DNA of 64,000 bases. It comes from Marsupella aquatica (lineage: Eukaryota > Plantae > Marchantiophyta). The stretch's first letter is position 1. Each line of letters opens with the position of its first letter. The position numbers were made by a program, and so were the translations under genes. The notes beneath the pieces were generated by a model that searched no databases, was not told the DNA's origin, and saw only the letters and a list, made by a program, of their open reading frames with translations. The DNA lies in NCBI GenBank assembly GCA_973895155.1, contig OZ316893.1, forward strand, positions 8,332,963 to 8,396,962. The letters run 5' to 3'. Positions 1-14,842 of this stretch are shown one piece after another.

Positions 1-94
1 GTCCTGCACGTTCTGTGAAATTGCGTCAAGCACTCTGTTGATCGATGTACTCTGAATGTCCTGTGTATCGCGTGTTGTCTACGTTCTGCTGCAG

Positions 95-215
95 GATCGG
101 CGGTAGTGGATTGGATCTGCGAAGCAAAGCAAGGGTGCGTTCCCAATTGTACTCCAACCTGTTGCTTTCCTCGTGTGTGTGAGCTCAGGGAGGGAGACAG
201 AGAGACAACATCTTG

Positions 216-259
<44 letters not shown>

Positions 260-3200
260 ACCGTAACCCGAGGGATGACACACACTCTGCGGTGATGTGG
301 TAAAGGCGTCCAATCATGTTGGCTTGGCTGTGTTGAATTGTCGAGGAATGCTTGCTGTCAATCTCGCGGCCACGTGAGGAGAGAACTGATTCAGACTCCT
401 TTGGGCCACATTTCACCATAGTTCTCGCAGTCAATGGTTCGCGTTGAGGACGTGCCTGTATGTGTCACTAGTCCACGATTCTGAATCAGAGTCACTATCG
501 ATACTGCAGACTCGCCTCGTTCGTAGGCCAAAATCATATCGTGGATCCTGGGGTCGTCGCTGTGTCTTCGACTTGATGTTTGCCTCGTGAGAGAGTTTGA
601 TCATAATCAACTCGCCGTCGAGATGTCATCCAATGCTGTAGAGCCCAATTGGAGAATTGGATTCAACTTTCCGTCAGTCTGATATAAGCAGAGTGTCTTC
701 CAGAGAAGTAGAGGACACAGTCTTGGGTGTCAATCCGCTCGCGTTCAACTTTCGGAATCAAACCGAGTAAGATGGCTCGCAGGGGACTGCACTGGTTGTA
801 GTCGAGCTATGAGGTGATGGACTGATAGCTGTAATTGTTTACGGTTACGATCATGCATTATTTCATGCTATCGAGACGCTGCTGTTCCAGCCAGGAAATT
901 CCAGAGAATTCCTGGAGTCGCGTAGGAATGGTTATCCCCAGGGGGGAGATCGGACTGGAACATCGTTGACTTGGAGCTTATGATGACATAGATTCCTCCG
1001 GTACGGTCACAGAGTGCTCCTCGAGCTGCCCTCCGCTGAGATCCCAGCATTCACGACAAGTTGATCTTATTTGCGACAGAGCATATCGAGTCCGACATGG
1101 CATAGATCAATACTTCCATGAGTGCACGGTCATCTATGCGAAGGCCAAGAGTGTCAAATTGGATTGAGTTATTGCTCATCCTTGGCAGTCCTGGAATGCT
1201 CCGTGCGGGAGTGATCGATGACAACGTCTCACAATGTCTGTTGGATGTTGTGTACCACAGACTCTCAAGGGCCCAATCAAGAGCCCGGCCGAATTGCCCA
1301 ACTGGAACTATGATGGGTCTTCAACAAACCAGGCTTTGGGTCACGACAGCGAGGTTATTCTAAAGTAAGCTGCTCAAACAATGTAAAACTCGTCTGCAGC
1401 TAATTTGAAGGCTCCATTAGTTCAATATCAAATTCGATGTCGTACTTCCTAGAATATGGCGAAATCGACTTGACTGGTAGTAGAGATGAGGCTGAAGGAA
1501 ACATTTGTAACACTCCCTTTCTTCCCTGGTTGTGTAGACCGAAGGCTATCTACCGTGACCCATTCCGCCAAGGCAAGAATATTTTGGTAAGTTATTCAAG
1601 TTTTGCGCAACTTCCACCTGCGCATCACCACTTGTGATGCAAACTAAGTGTGTCAGAAAGCAGAGTAGGCTGCAGTTCACATTCTAGATCTCTACTCTCC
1701 TTGTTTTTTCGAGGCGGGTTGACAGGGAATTTGAGAGGTGGGTTTCCGTAAGAGTATGGGTCTTCGCCAGGAATTATGAGTAGTTGGAAGGACAGTACGG
1801 GGTCCGAACACGGACGACAACTGTCGTTGTGCACAGCGATCGACGTGGAACAGTTCGTACATCACTGTTGGATTCGAAATTATCCATCGGATAGACTGTA
1901 GCGGAGTGTATGTGTGTCGAATTAAGCAACATCGACCACTTGGTTTTACAGGTGATGTGCGACACGTACGAGCCTAATGGAAAACCACTTGCAACCAATA
2001 AGAGGGCGGACGCAGCTAAAATCTTCGAGAACCCAGCTGTAGCGAAAGAAGAGACTTGGTATGTCATGTTGATTTCACTCCTACATGAACTCTGTTTATG
2101 CCACCCCCGCTTATTGTAACAGTGCGGAGAATTATCCATAGGTTCTCGTCCAATCGATGTCCTCTCTCCTCTCTCCTCTCTCGTTCTCTCGTTCTCTCTC
2201 TCTCTCCGTAACTTGTCTTACAACACAATGAGTTGAAAGATGGCACTGCTCCCGTGTTGGCTCTAAATAGGACAACCGAGTACGTTTCACTACATGCTAC
2301 ATAGGAATTTTATTTGGATGCGCTCAAGACATTAGAATTGTATCAACTTAAAAGTTTTTCGGGATTGAGTGAGGAGAGAAAAGAAGCTTCTATTACTTGA
2401 TTTGTCTGTGTTCATTTTCTATATCTATGAACGCGCAAGTTACTATGAAGTAATGGGATACATGCGTACCGCTTCATAAATTTTCTGTATTCTCGATAAA
2501 TGCGAGAGTATTGGTGAATACTATACCCAAGGACTAGGAAGCACGTGAACAATGAAGTAGAGGATTTCCCATTGCAGCTCCTTGAAGCAAGGCAGGCGCA
2601 CTGTTAGTAACAGCACAATGGTAATGTGGTTACACGGCTAGCAGGTCAAGTTCGTTAAATCTTTGCTTGGATGCAGGTACGGTATCGAGCAGGAATATAC
2701 CTTGTTGCAAAAAGAGCGCAAGTGGCCTTTGGGCTGGCCGGCAAACGGATACCCAGGCCCCCAGGTTGAAAATCTAACGCGAGATGATGTCAAAAAATCT
2801 GTTTATTCATGAAATTCAGCTGAGTTTTGCAAAGTCAGGCTCGAAAGATGATGTACTGTGTGTCATACATTGAAGGAATTCTCCAGAGTTTCAGGTCATT
2901 ATCGATATGTCTACTGTCTTCAAGTCTTCATGAGGCAAAGGACAGTAGTAGGAAGCCGAGCTGTACTGTTAATCACGGAAAGATTCCTTCCTTCCTGAAT
3001 CGAAGGTAGACGCTATGTTAGTATGTAGTCCTCTGAATGTGAGCAACAAACCGCGGTGTGTTGCACACTGTCCTGTTACTATGTCATTAACGGTTTCTCG
3101 TGGAAATGATGTGTTGATCAGGGACCCTACTACTGCGGGATTGGGGCAGACAAGGCTTGGGGCAGAGACATCGTGGATGCTCACTACAAGGCTTGCCTTT

Positions 3201-6200
3201 ACGCTGGTATCCAGATCAGCGGGATCAATGGTGAAGTGATGCCCGGCCAAGTAAGTTGTTTCTCGTCCATGTGCAGTCACTGTAAAGCTTTAGTCTCTGC
3301 CGTTTCTTGCAGCTTACAGATGCCGGTACTAGTTTGCTTCAGATCATCACCGTTTAGTCAATAAATTGCTAAGGACTACTTTCCCTGGAAATCAATGTCA
3401 GACAAAGGTTGTGACTCGAAATCTTTGTAGTTTTAAGACTACTTATGTTTGAGATCCCTCAGGGATAACGAAGTATACTCATCGTCGGTTACAGTCGTAA
3501 AGTTAGCGTGACATGAAATCATGCTATGGAAGCTCGTTTCCAATGTCCTTGGAAAAGTTGTCAGCATTTGCACTGGTCCTACCAATTTCAGACTACTCCA
3601 TAGTCTTCGGAAAACATAGATTCCAAGAGTGTCTGGTGGTGAGATTTCTGTGGTGGTGGAAATCTCCAATTCGCTGGGGAGTGCGCCTTTCTGACCTTAT
3701 CTCCTCTTCTGGGTTGTCATTAGTCCGATACCAACTTGACTTTTTCCGCACTTTAGGAACTGCCAGCTAACACACATTCAGTTCCCTCCTGTACTTTCCT
3801 GATCGTCCTTTATGCACCGGCCGGGGCCCACTTCCGCCCTTCGGAGCAGCTTCGGACGTTGATTTAACGATGAAAGTATCTTGTGCTTCTGCGAATTCGT
3901 CGGTTCTGGAGAGACTATGAAATGGAATCCTATATTAAAAGCATTGGAGGAGGTTGGGTCCGAGAAAACCGCAAGATTTGTGGTCTCTTCTCTTTTGGGG
4001 CTGTTCGTAAGTTTCGTTGAAGGTAGATCTAAATTAAAGCGTAATTCCAAAAGCCGAAACCAGGACTCTTTTCGTCCGGGACTGACAGTTAACACGTACT
4101 GTAATTACATCAACATATCGTAGGTAGGCAGGCAGGCAAAGAACGGTAGGGAGGTTGAGAGCCGCGCAGAGATGGAACACTGATGCTAACGAGTGTTGGC
4201 GTTTGCATGATCGCAGTGGGAGTATCAAGTCGGCCCGTCCCTCGGCATTTCTGCTGCAGACCAAGTCTGGGTGTCCCGTTACATCCTCGAGGTACAGTAA
4301 TAGCAAATCCTCCGTCCTTTGCGTCCGAGTTCTTCCTTCCCTTCCCGTCGTTCCTTCTTTCTTTTTCGTCAACTCGGAATACAATTTCTCGTGTTTGCTC
4401 TCCTTAGAAAAGTATTCCTTGAAAAACCCAACAATAATAATATCCTCTCTTTTCTGTACCTTGTAGCCTTTAGGAAACCCCTCGTGTTTTGTATTCTTCG
4501 TATTTATATGGGTGGTCATGAGCCGGTAGAGGCCGAAATAATAAACCCCTCTTGTTTGGTTTGGAAGGGGAAAGAGCCTTGTCCCCCTTTCAGCCTTCCA
4601 TGAACCCCTCTTGCATGTTTTTTCTCTGTATTTATACCAATGGTTATATGAGTTATTACCCTGATGGGGGGTTAAGAGATTTTGGCCCCCTTGGTTAGCT
4701 GGGCTAGAGGATTATCCAGTATCAGGCACAATTTTCAGTTCCTAATTTGCTTAAAACTCTGACGATGAGTTAAATATTTTGATTCATGGTCACTTGAAAT
4801 CATGACTGAGCCTAGGAGTCTAGGCTCAGCATCCTCTATAGTATTACCATAATACCATCCCATAACCCGCTCGAGGTCTGGTGACCCTATTACTTTTCCC
4901 TAATGCTGACCCTATATTACCTTTCCCTCCTACCCAGCCAGTTCGTGGCTCCCTTTCTGTCGTATCCTGCCCTTGCCATCGTAGTCTACGGTGTCAGTGC
5001 TCGACCAATGACAAGTAATGAAAAAGCAAAAAAACAAATAGTTATTTCTGAGCTGACCGTACGCAACCCGGTACGGAGAGGTCAGCGTGAGCTGCCCGAC
5101 GGCCCTGCCCGCGGTCATGCCCTCAAAAGTATCTGCACGAATGCACGATACTCTCTTCGGCGCATTCTCGGTCGGTCGAATCTATGCGCTCTAGTAGTCT
5201 GGTACTCTGGTATCCTCCGCCGAATCATATGCTGCGATAATCGTGCTCTTCCCGTGGTGCGGAGATCGGGTCCTGAATCCTGATATTGCGTTCGAATTTG
5301 GCGGTGAATGCAGAGGGTGACGGAGGATGCCGGGGTGGTACTGTCGTTGGACCCCAAGCCAATTGAGGTACTAACTACTCCACTGTACATCTCGTCCCTT
5401 TGTGGGCCCTTTTGCCTTCCTCGTAGTTAATTAAATTGTACCAACGTTCGCAATGTGGAAGAAATGTGACATTGTTTTGTGCAATCAACAAACCTTGCAA
5501 CATTTGATTTTTAGTGTTGTTGCTGGGCGATGTCGAGTTCTCGGTCTTTTGAAGGTTGAGCACGACTGTATTCTCTTGATGTGGTAACCGAGGTGAAGTC
5601 CTTTGGCTCTCTCGGAAGCTTGCGCTCCACGTTTGGATGTTGTTCCAGAGAATCTTTGGGTAATTGATTGCACAGTGAACTAAATGAGTTGCTCGCGGGG
5701 CGATGTTTACAGGGTGACTGGAATGGAGCGGGATGCCATACGAATTACAGTACGAAGAGCATGCGGGCGGATGGAGGATACGATGTCATCGTGAAGGCCA
5801 TCGAGAAGCTGGGACTGAGGCACAAGGAGCACATCGCCGCATACGGAGAAGGAAATGAGCGAAGACTTACTGGCGCTCATGAAACGGCTTCAATCAACAA
5901 GTTTTCATGGGGAGTAGCAAACCGTGGTGCTTCCGTTCGCGTCGGCAGAGACACCGAGGCCGAAAAGAAGGGTAAAATTCCAGCGAACCTCATTGGACTC
6001 CCCTGTCATAATCCCTCCATCCGCTCGCTGCTTGCATCTTCCAGAATGGTTTTATGTTAGTGCACTTCTCAATGTTGACAAGACAATTACGTGTTGGTAC
6101 CACCTATGCTGGTAACTGAAATTTCGAGGCGATGAACGAATTTAAGATTACCTTGATAAGGCTGTTGCCTTACATTTTCTGTTTCTCAATTTTACTGTAG

Positions 6201-6561
6201 TGTTTTGTCGAGTAAGTTGTTTTGTAGCGTAATATATCAATTAGTATTGTCTTCGGTGCAACATTTGGTGTATGTAGGAAACTAACGAAACTCTCCAGCT
6301 CTGCATGAGTACTTGAATTCTTCCTCATTAGCTCGATTGGGATTGCTGGCGTTGCTTGGACTGGTTGACTGGTTTTAGCCCAGTTAATTAGGTCCGGTTG
6401 GACTTCGCCGTAAAACTCGAGACTGTTCTAACCTTTTGAGCACCAACGTTTCAGGATACTTCGAAGATCGTCGCCCGGCATCCAACATGGACCCGTACAC
6501 CGTTACGAGCCTCATCGCAAACACAACAATCATTTGGGACGGAAGTGAGAACCTTTCTTGA
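95..6561 (+). CDS. GLN1: Glutamine synthetase, GSII cytosolic (GS1)-type; first coding exon lies upstream of the window
   Basis: GT-AG exons 95-134 ([13 protein letters not shown]), 1261-1364 (WNYDGSST), 1538-1586, 1952-2058, 2677-2764 ([11 protein letters not shown]), 3122-3250 ([10 protein letters not shown]), 4217-4291 (WEYQVGP), 5314-5367 (DPKPIE), 5713-5971 ([14 protein letters not shown]...NRGASVRVG), 6455-6561 ([14 protein letters not shown]...stop). Sizes 40/104/49/107/88/129/75/54 match the conserved plant GS exon pattern; no long GS2-type C-terminal extension. Confidence 0.97.
220..255. repeat. (CT)n microsatellite in a GS intron
   Basis: About 18 perfect CT units; a second, imperfect CT tract lies at about 2161-2206. 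Confidence 0.95.
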
Positions 6562-7502
6562 CTCCTCTGCTTTGCCAATCCTTGTCATCTTTAAGTTGTG
6601 TGTGCTTTTATCAGAACGATGCTCGTCCAAAAATGGTGACGTAGTGCGATGAGACTGGGACCTTTTTCAGACTGTTTCTAAATTATTTTGGTGTGTGCGC
6701 TCAGGACCTTTTCCACTTGTTCTCTCTCGTTTTACAAATTGTTTCTCTTAGTGAACTCGTCTCCTTCTTTCTTGTACCTCGTAATAGACATCTGATATTC
6801 AGGGGCGGGTTGTTTGATGTGATTGCAGAGTAAATAGGACGAATTGATCGAAGCGACTGTACTGAAGAAGCAACGTGATTACAACGTTTCCAGATTTTTC
6901 AGTAGCCTTAGAAACTAAAGCTTCAAAAATTATTCTACGGAAGTTGGTAGAATCTTCGCAGTCGAGCAGTTTAATTTGTGTCATTTCCGTCAGCGGATAT
7001 TTTCCGTTATCTGTATAGAATGTCCTAAGAATGTGCACGTTTTAGTTCTTCAATAACAGTATGCTTACTTGTGCAGTGCCGTAATGTCATCAGCGAAGAG
7101 CTACAAAAATGGAAGTTAATTCATTAATTTTCTAGTGAATATCGAATTCTACGATTAAATATACTGAATCTCTAATTTCGCATGCCCAGTGCTTCGGTTG
7201 CCAGTCTTGAGTCTCGATACATGTGTCACTTGATTAGTTTCCGTATATGTGAACAACTTTCACAGTGACAGCAGTGCTTGCTTGGGAGTCGCAAAAGTGG
7301 GATTACCAGAGAAATACCAAACTTGTAAAAGTTCCCGGAGAAGCAAATTGGTTTTGGCCAAATCTCATGATAAGGTTGTGGACGGAAACAATTGAGTTAC
7401 AGGCGCTGTTATAGTCCGGAATCCCCCTCGTGAAGAGCTGTCATTTGAACTAGAATCCCGCTTTTCATGTTTGTACCATGAGCCTCTCTCCAAGTACATT
7501 AC

Positions 7503-7556
7503 TGCACAGGCAAGGAGAAAAGTAACGATGCACAGGCAAGGAGAAAAGTAACGATG
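7503..7556. repeat. 26-bp tandem duplication
   Basis: tgcacaggcaaggagaaaagtaacga x2. Confidence 0.9.
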
Positions 7557-10500
7557 GCGATGATCTCCAATTTCCTTATTCTGAAGGGTGATCACCTTCT
7601 AGGTCGAAACTCAATAATTTTGTTTTCGTAAACTGATTCCAAGACATAGTCTCCATCAACAACAGACTCGGCGTTCGAGAGCACTGAATCGTATCATAAA
7701 TTATCGTTATCTTTGGCTCGTTCTGAGATTCTGTGGCTGACGAGATTCTAAAGTTTTAAGACAACGTCAACATCTGCACAACGCCAACCATTGAGAGAAG
7801 CAGCTAGGTCCTTACTAGGGAGGTAACTCCAGCAGACTATCACGATCTCATTTACAGGTTTATTATCAAGTCTCGTATCAAACTCAACATGTTGTGTATA
7901 CGTGCGAGTAATTCGGATCGCGGGAGAATGTGAGATAATTATGCATGTGGACCCCAACGAATTCAATTTCTCTGGCGATATTTAAGATTTGATTCGGTTT
8001 GATTGGTCCTTAATAGATATAGAGGCAATAACATCACTGACCGTAGTCATTTGCATGGAGGAGAGAAACTCCGTAGAAAATATCACCGCGCAGGGTGTGA
8101 CCCCAGCCAATAAATCACTGTCCAAATTCACCAACCGCAACTAGCTCAACGTCAATACTTCATGATTGCCCTCTGACACCCAGGTCACTTGCTATTCGAC
8201 CGATTCGCGAAAGATCAGAAATGGTAGGTGGATTACTTGCGCGATCCATCTTTTGTCCTTGCAAGCTCCTATGCTTTAATCTATCGCATGCGGAATAGTG
8301 GTAGTAAAATCAACAGTTCGATGCATCATATTCACCGCTACGTACATCCCACACTATACCTGCTGAGAACTTTCGTTACTTAACATAAACCGACAAGACA
8401 CTCCATCCGATTGTACCGTTTGAGAACACCCAAACAAGACAGTGAAGAAACTCAGTACGAGACTTGGCCTTCTGCCTCGATATGGCAGCCCCATGTGCAT
8501 ACAATGCCAAAGTGGTGCTACTTCGTTCCAAATTGGTATCTGCAAGATGGACTTTCCTTTCTTCACAATTTGTATAGGTTAGTATATAGATATACTTTCC
8601 TTTCTTCCCAATTTTGGAAGAAACTTTCCCCTATCTGTCTTCATTGGAGATCCCGTCCGTTGTAAGCTTTCCGGGCATTACATTGTAACAGGAGTCATAC
8701 ACGACATTCCTCACATGGCCCCCGTTTACTATGATGGATCTCTAGTGCTCGTCTCAAACCGACAATAGCTTGCACGTCAAGAAACTTACACGGTCTTTGT
8801 CGGGATCGTCAATGGTGGTCCTACCACACGATGGCCAATATGCAATCACAGTCACGGGATAGCTGAGAATCTAAATGGCCCAGATTTTGGCTCTGGACTA
8901 CCTTGACAAGGTCGAAGGACTGTATTGTACACCGACATTTGGTTTTGTTTTCTTCGAGACTCACTTCAACGCGGTTTTTCTCGGCTGCCCAATCGTCCCG
9001 TTCTTCCTTTTCCGTTGAGTGCAGCAACGATGCAGACAACACAACCAGATCCTGTGAAGGTTGTTACAGTATTTAGCGGTTTCAGTTAACCAGGTGGTAG
9101 ATCCAATCCATCGGAGTTGTCGATGTATCTTGTCGGCCGTTTTGATTCAACAGCAAGCAAGTAAAGTCCGTTCCAAAAAGGGCCTAGTTAATCAACCACC
9201 ACTGCAACTATAAAAGAAGAATTGTCCAAGTTCGAGTTTCAATTTCTCTCAATTTCTCTCGATTGAAGAGCCTTGTCACCATCAACTCCGTGTAATTAGG
9301 ACAATCAAATCAATTGCAATGAGGACAAGAGGTACTCCTGGTTTAACCTTTGTAAATTTTGATCCATGAAAATTGTAGTTGGCCGATCCTCCGGTGTGTT
9401 CACAGTATACAATTGTGTAATCCAACATACAACGATGTCTACTGTTCGTTGTATATTCGTAGATTAATTTGCGGTCGGTGATGATTGTATATGAGTTTCA
9501 GGTGTTGTTTAATTTCTTATAATGACGACAATACATCAGCCCAATAGAATAATTTCAAATGTTGTTTATTTTTTTGTAATAATAAAGTTAAACTAGCCCA
9601 ATGCCGCACAGTCGGACAAGATGGCCAGGCAGTATGCTGCCAGAGTGGCTAGTTGGCCTTGCAGCTGAATTTCAAAGGAGTGTGTCAACTGAGGGAGAAT
9701 GTCGGGTTGGGATACGAAAAAATCGAGCAAAGACACGTATAGGTTCACCTCATGATTATGAAAGAATGTCACCACAATCAAACTAAATTTTCCTCCAGAA
9801 TGACAGAGTGAGATATTATAATACAGTGTTTTAAATAAGCAAATGTAATTTTGGGGTTTTCATTACAGTAAAAGTATAAGATAATTGTGGGGTTTTGATT
9901 GTACACACAATTATAAAAATTATAGTGTTTAGATACAAAATCATCAGAATGCGGAATACAAATCGAAGGCACAGACTGTAGATTGCCTAGAGATTGCCCG
10001 CCTCTGCTCCCACCATTAACAGGTAAGAGATGAAAGCAGATATCTGAGTGTCTACGAGACAAAACTGCCTTGCTTTTGCAAAGTAATCACATTGAAAAGG
10101 AGAGCAGGATTGTCTAACAGATTCTTTCCTTGTAAAACCCAAAGTGTGTCGCTCTAAAGAGAACATAGGTACCCTGGGCGCCAGAGGTTTCTGCTTCCAA
10201 GCTACTCGTCAATTTCCTCGTGCTTGAGGGCTGAAACGCACACAGTCAAACCATAATTGTTGCAACAACTAAACCGGAGAGGATCCCTGATAGTTAACTT
10301 AACTCAAATGATTCAGTACCTTAACCTTCGCGTCTGTGAGATTAGTCACAAAGTGGTATCGTCTTCTCTTGCTGACAGACTGTGTGTTCGTAAAAGCTAG
10401 CTAGAGTTGCAGATATGGTTGAACCTTTCGAGTTCTGGGGTCTGCCTCAGGGGTCTGCCTCTCAGCTAGAACTCGGTAAGAACTTTGAAGTGTTTTCAAC

Positions 10501-13500
10501 GTTGTAGCTAAGAGTGCTTTGAGCTAGGGATGCAAGTATGTGGCTTGTCGGTATGAACTGGAACTCATTTCGGTAGTAATGTGTTTCACCTTGCTACAGT
10601 AGCAACCGTAGCCATGGAGGATCACGGAGAGCTTACGGGGTCATTTGTGCTGAATTACTGGATATTCGTTCAACTCTATTTGAATCGTCATCATCCATCA
10701 TCTATTCATTGGACTAGCGCGTGTTTATTAACCCCACCCGCCATATGTAGAATTGAAATGTAGCCTTCTAATTGTGATCGTCATCGTACATTTATATAGC
10801 AATGCTACAAAATATTTCCGTTGCAAGATAAAACTGCATCAAAAACAATACCAATCCGTTCTCCAGCTGGTTTCCATAGGTGGGTGCATGCATTTTTAAG
10901 AAGCAGGATTTGACTAGTGGCCATCACTATCTTGTGATAAACACAGAGACGTCAATGAAAAACGAGATATGAAATCTTAGTTAGCACGGTGTAACTGAGG
11001 TTATATTACACAAAAATTCTCGAAACAAAATTTTCATTGTTCGGCCCTGTTTGCTCAACTGAAAGCTGGCCTCAAGCAAGAAACACAACACAAGGGAAAC
11101 AATGATTGGCTTCTGTTAGATTGGAAATTACAGTGCAACATGGTTAATACAAGTAATCTGAGCTCTCCTTCCTCATTGCTAGCGTGGGAAGCTGGCCTGT
11201 CAGCAAAGCTGAAAACATTGTTTTCTCAACAGAGATTATACTTATCAGAGCGTGGGCCATGCTAATAGTGACTGAACTATTTCTGCCACCAAATATCCTG
11301 CGAACAATCATAACAGAAAGAGTCTACTAGCTAGGTGCTTATTTACGCTGACCTGTGGACTTCCAACAATACCAGTAGAAGACTACAGGTGAGAAACAAA
11401 TTAGTTTCCTAGTAGAAAGAAGAAACACAGTCAAGTTTCTCACAAGGGTTAATGGTCAGACGAGCAGACGTGTTCTCTTGAACGATAAACTGTCCAGGCA
11501 GAGTTCTCTTTTTCCCCCGATCTGAGTGATCATATTCAAATTTAGAAAGCAAGTTTGTTTCTGTCCTTGCATAGACCATGGGACCGAAGCACGATGACTT
11601 TTCCTGACATGAATATTGAAATTGATATCGCACATTCAATGTCATTCAGGAAGCCTATTAACCACTCCAGGTTGATGACCGGAAGGCCACTTCGCGGACA
11701 GTTCTTCCTCGAAAGGCCTTCAGACGTGCTCCTGGGCCTTACGACATGGTCAGGCATTTCGGCAGTTACTAGAAATGTTTTAGCCCAGCCACTCAAATCA
11801 GCTCTGGTGAACCGGAACTCTGCAAAAGAAACAGCAAGTCAGACCTTAAACAAAAACACAGAACCATATATTCGCTAAGACGAGGTAAGAGCCATGGGTT
11901 TAGACGATCTTTTTCTCCCAGCTGGTTGCTCAGGAGAAAGGCACTGCCACAACAAGGAATGTCGTTGGCGGTATGGCCCCTCGGCAGAACTATGAAGAGG
12001 ATCGGCCAGTGTAAAAGACGAGAAGTCAGAGGAGATTGAGACTGCCAAATTGCACTTTGAGATTCCTGATGGGGATAGCCTACATTTGCCTTCATCCGCA
12101 GAAACACTGACGGAATCAGCAAACTGACTCGACCTTAACATCACCCATATGAGAGATATGGATGGACCCTTAAATTGAAAAGAGTTACGTTGAGTTGAGG
12201 TCTTTCAACAATCCGGACCACTCATGGGGTCCATCAAGGATTAATTTTCATTTTGGAGGTACATCAAGTATATCTGTCTCAAGAATCAACAATATATCCC
12301 ACAAAGCAGCACCAGTAATTGTAATGTGCGAGCAAACAGTAAAGTTTTTACTTGTAGGAGCAAAAAACATTCTTGCATGACCCCTATTTTTCTACATCCA
12401 ACTGCCTCGCTACCAACTACCTGGTTGGTAACATCCTTTTTGGGGACTCCCCTTTTTGCTAGGAGCTGGCTAGCCATCTGGAGTCTTTTAAAAAATACAA
12501 AAAATCTAAAAGTCACCAAAAAGCAAATGAAATTTGAAACCATCAGTGTCTTGCTAATAACATTCTCCTCTGCTATCAAAATGCTCGCAACATAGAATAC
12601 CTCCACCAGTTCCCTCTAATTAGTTCTAAGACCCTTTTGTCATGTAAGCTTGCTTTTGTTATGCAAACTTGTTGTTATTCAACAAGTTGGAGCCATGAAT
12701 AGTTGCAAATTGGAACAGACATGCACATGAACATGAGACAAAAGTTAAATGTTCAAGCTGGTGTTCAAGGGTTTAGGGTTTTTCCTTAGAACTTTATTAT
12801 CATATATTTTATTAGTTCTAAGGAAAAACTTTAGAATTTGACAAAGGATGAATCATTTTATTAGTTCTAAGGAAACACTTTAGAATTTTCTGGGAAGAAT
12901 ATTAGGGTCTTTAAATTCAAATTTGGAGACTATCAATGCTTTTTAGAAAATTGTTTGACTGTCAATGTTGTGGTACAGAGTACTGCTATCTTCTTGTTGT
13001 GTACGTAGTGGATTGCTGAATCATGTCATATATCCCCTTCAGTCAGTCACATAGTAAAATATGCAGATCATCTTCACATGTATGCTTGGCTTCCACACTA
13101 CTATAGACATCTATCCGGAAAATCTTTGAAGCACAATCAAAATAATATTAGTGACTTAAAAAGACCACAAAATTCTCCTCAGTTGGATCAATGAATTGTG
13201 AGGAACCTGAACAAAGACATTTTGACATGCAATGTGTGTCCCAATCTGAGTGACACAAACATATGAACAATCCCTGCCTCAACAAAGAGGGGAAACCATA
13301 TCATATAGTACTATGAAGGGGAGGCAGTGAAACAAACTACCACTTGGCAAGCAAGAAGCCAGCAGTGTGAAAAAGGCGTTGCAACTGATTGGTCATACTG
13401 AGATCAAATCAAGGAGTCAGAGCAGGAGTCCATCCCACCAAACTAAACTAAACAAAATGTGATGTGGATAGCAGTCAGACGATGGAAACAAACTGTGATG

Positions 13501-14440
13501 TCGAAAGCAGTGGGAGCAGGAATTGCAACCTGAAGAGAAGCAAATTCAGTTGAGTGTAGAGCAACCCTGGTTTCCTCACAAACTCCAAGCATGAGAGTAT
13601 CCAGAGATGGCAGCTTCTTGGGATCTTGCCAAAGCTATTCACGTTTATGAGAAGCCCACAATGACAAATAGGACTCCAAGACGTGAATGAATTGGAACAC
13701 CTGGCTACAATCTGGGATGTCCAATTGCAAAGAGATGCAATGAACCAAATTTTCCGACATTGCTATATGGTGAATACCTTCTACCTTATTTTGTCTTATT
13801 AGAAATATGAGTTCTGAATTTTCTTTTAAATCTGGCCTAGTGTATCATTTCACTTTGTATTGGTTTGAATTTAACAAATTATCTAACCCCTTTAATTATT
13901 TCAAGTTTATGATTTTCATTTGATATGATATGTTTTATTGTGATAACTTATCATGTATTTGATGAGATTTTCTTTCTGCCATTTATTCTCTATTGCACAA
14001 GATGATCAGACTCACCAGGATGCACCCAGTACAAACACCAGAGATGCCCTGTAGGTTATATGTCCATTGGTGAACAACTTTCCAACCCTTACGGTTTAGA
14101 GGTTAACAGGTGTCACCTAAATAGTGAATCTTTCAATAGGGCCTAAAAGTAGAGTACAAAGCTAGAGTATAAAGCTAACATACTTCTCTGTCAAACACAA
14201 AATACTATACCTCTAGGGTACATCTTACAAGTTATGTACTTGTTTTTCACCTAAAAAGTGCGGTAAAGGTGTGCATTTTTATTCTATTTATTTATTTGAT
14301 TCACTGTTTTAATGCATTTGAATACTATGCTATAATTGCTATTTGATAATTGATAGGATACAATTGACATTGTCAATAAGTTAAAATAGCTGTGTCTTAG
14401 AACGAACATGCTATATATCCAAAGCAGCCTGATACTGTGC

Positions 14441-14842
14441 TCAGAAGTCCTCGACATCAATGCCTTTGTAGCTCAAATTATTGAAAGAGGTCCAGATATC
14501 ATAGAAATGAATAAGCCCGCTTTGCTCATATGAAGAGGCAAGTTTGGTCCAACAGAGCTGAGCATTGTTCACAATTTCAAGAATATCTTGAATATGAGGA
14601 CAACAACTTAAAATAGTTGCAGTGCAAGCAGAAGTAGCTTGAGCTTTAAAAATCTGAATACGTTCAAGAAACATTTAGTCATGCTCGTCAATGTGCTTAA
14701 CTGGGGAAATAGCAGTGCCATCAATGTGATGCCAGATGCCACCTGATTCAATGGCAGACCGACATAGATGCCGCCAACTCTTAAAATTGGGAGATCCTTC
14801 GACTTTGGGGATAAACTGAACGTACAAGGAGGAACTCATCAT
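14441..14842 (-). pseudogene. Copia gag N-terminal remnant
   Basis: MMSSSLYVQFIPKVEGSPNFKSWRHLCRSAIESGGIWHHIDG...*...NAQLCWTKLASSYEQSG resembles the copia gag start (GxxNFxxW...W..IDG...W..L...Y); in-frame stop at 14675-14677. Confidence 0.75.

Noticed and set aside
3778-4603. Overlapping 74-161 aa ORFs in GS introns
   Set aside because: Explained by the 75-bp GS exon plus low-complexity intron sequence.
4806-4829. Hairpin ctgagcctag-gagt-ctaggctcag in a GS intron, as terminator or Helitron end
   Set aside because: No following CTRR at the expected place and no TSD or second copy found.
8354-9042. Short ORFs with splice-like sites on the minus strand (also 17669-18144 and 54536-54922)
   Set aside because: Could not build a consistent gene model or recognise a domain.
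12768-12782. Telomere-like agggtttagggttt (also cgggttag motifs near 28800-29015)
   Set aside because: Only about 2 units or degenerate; not an interstitial telomere array.
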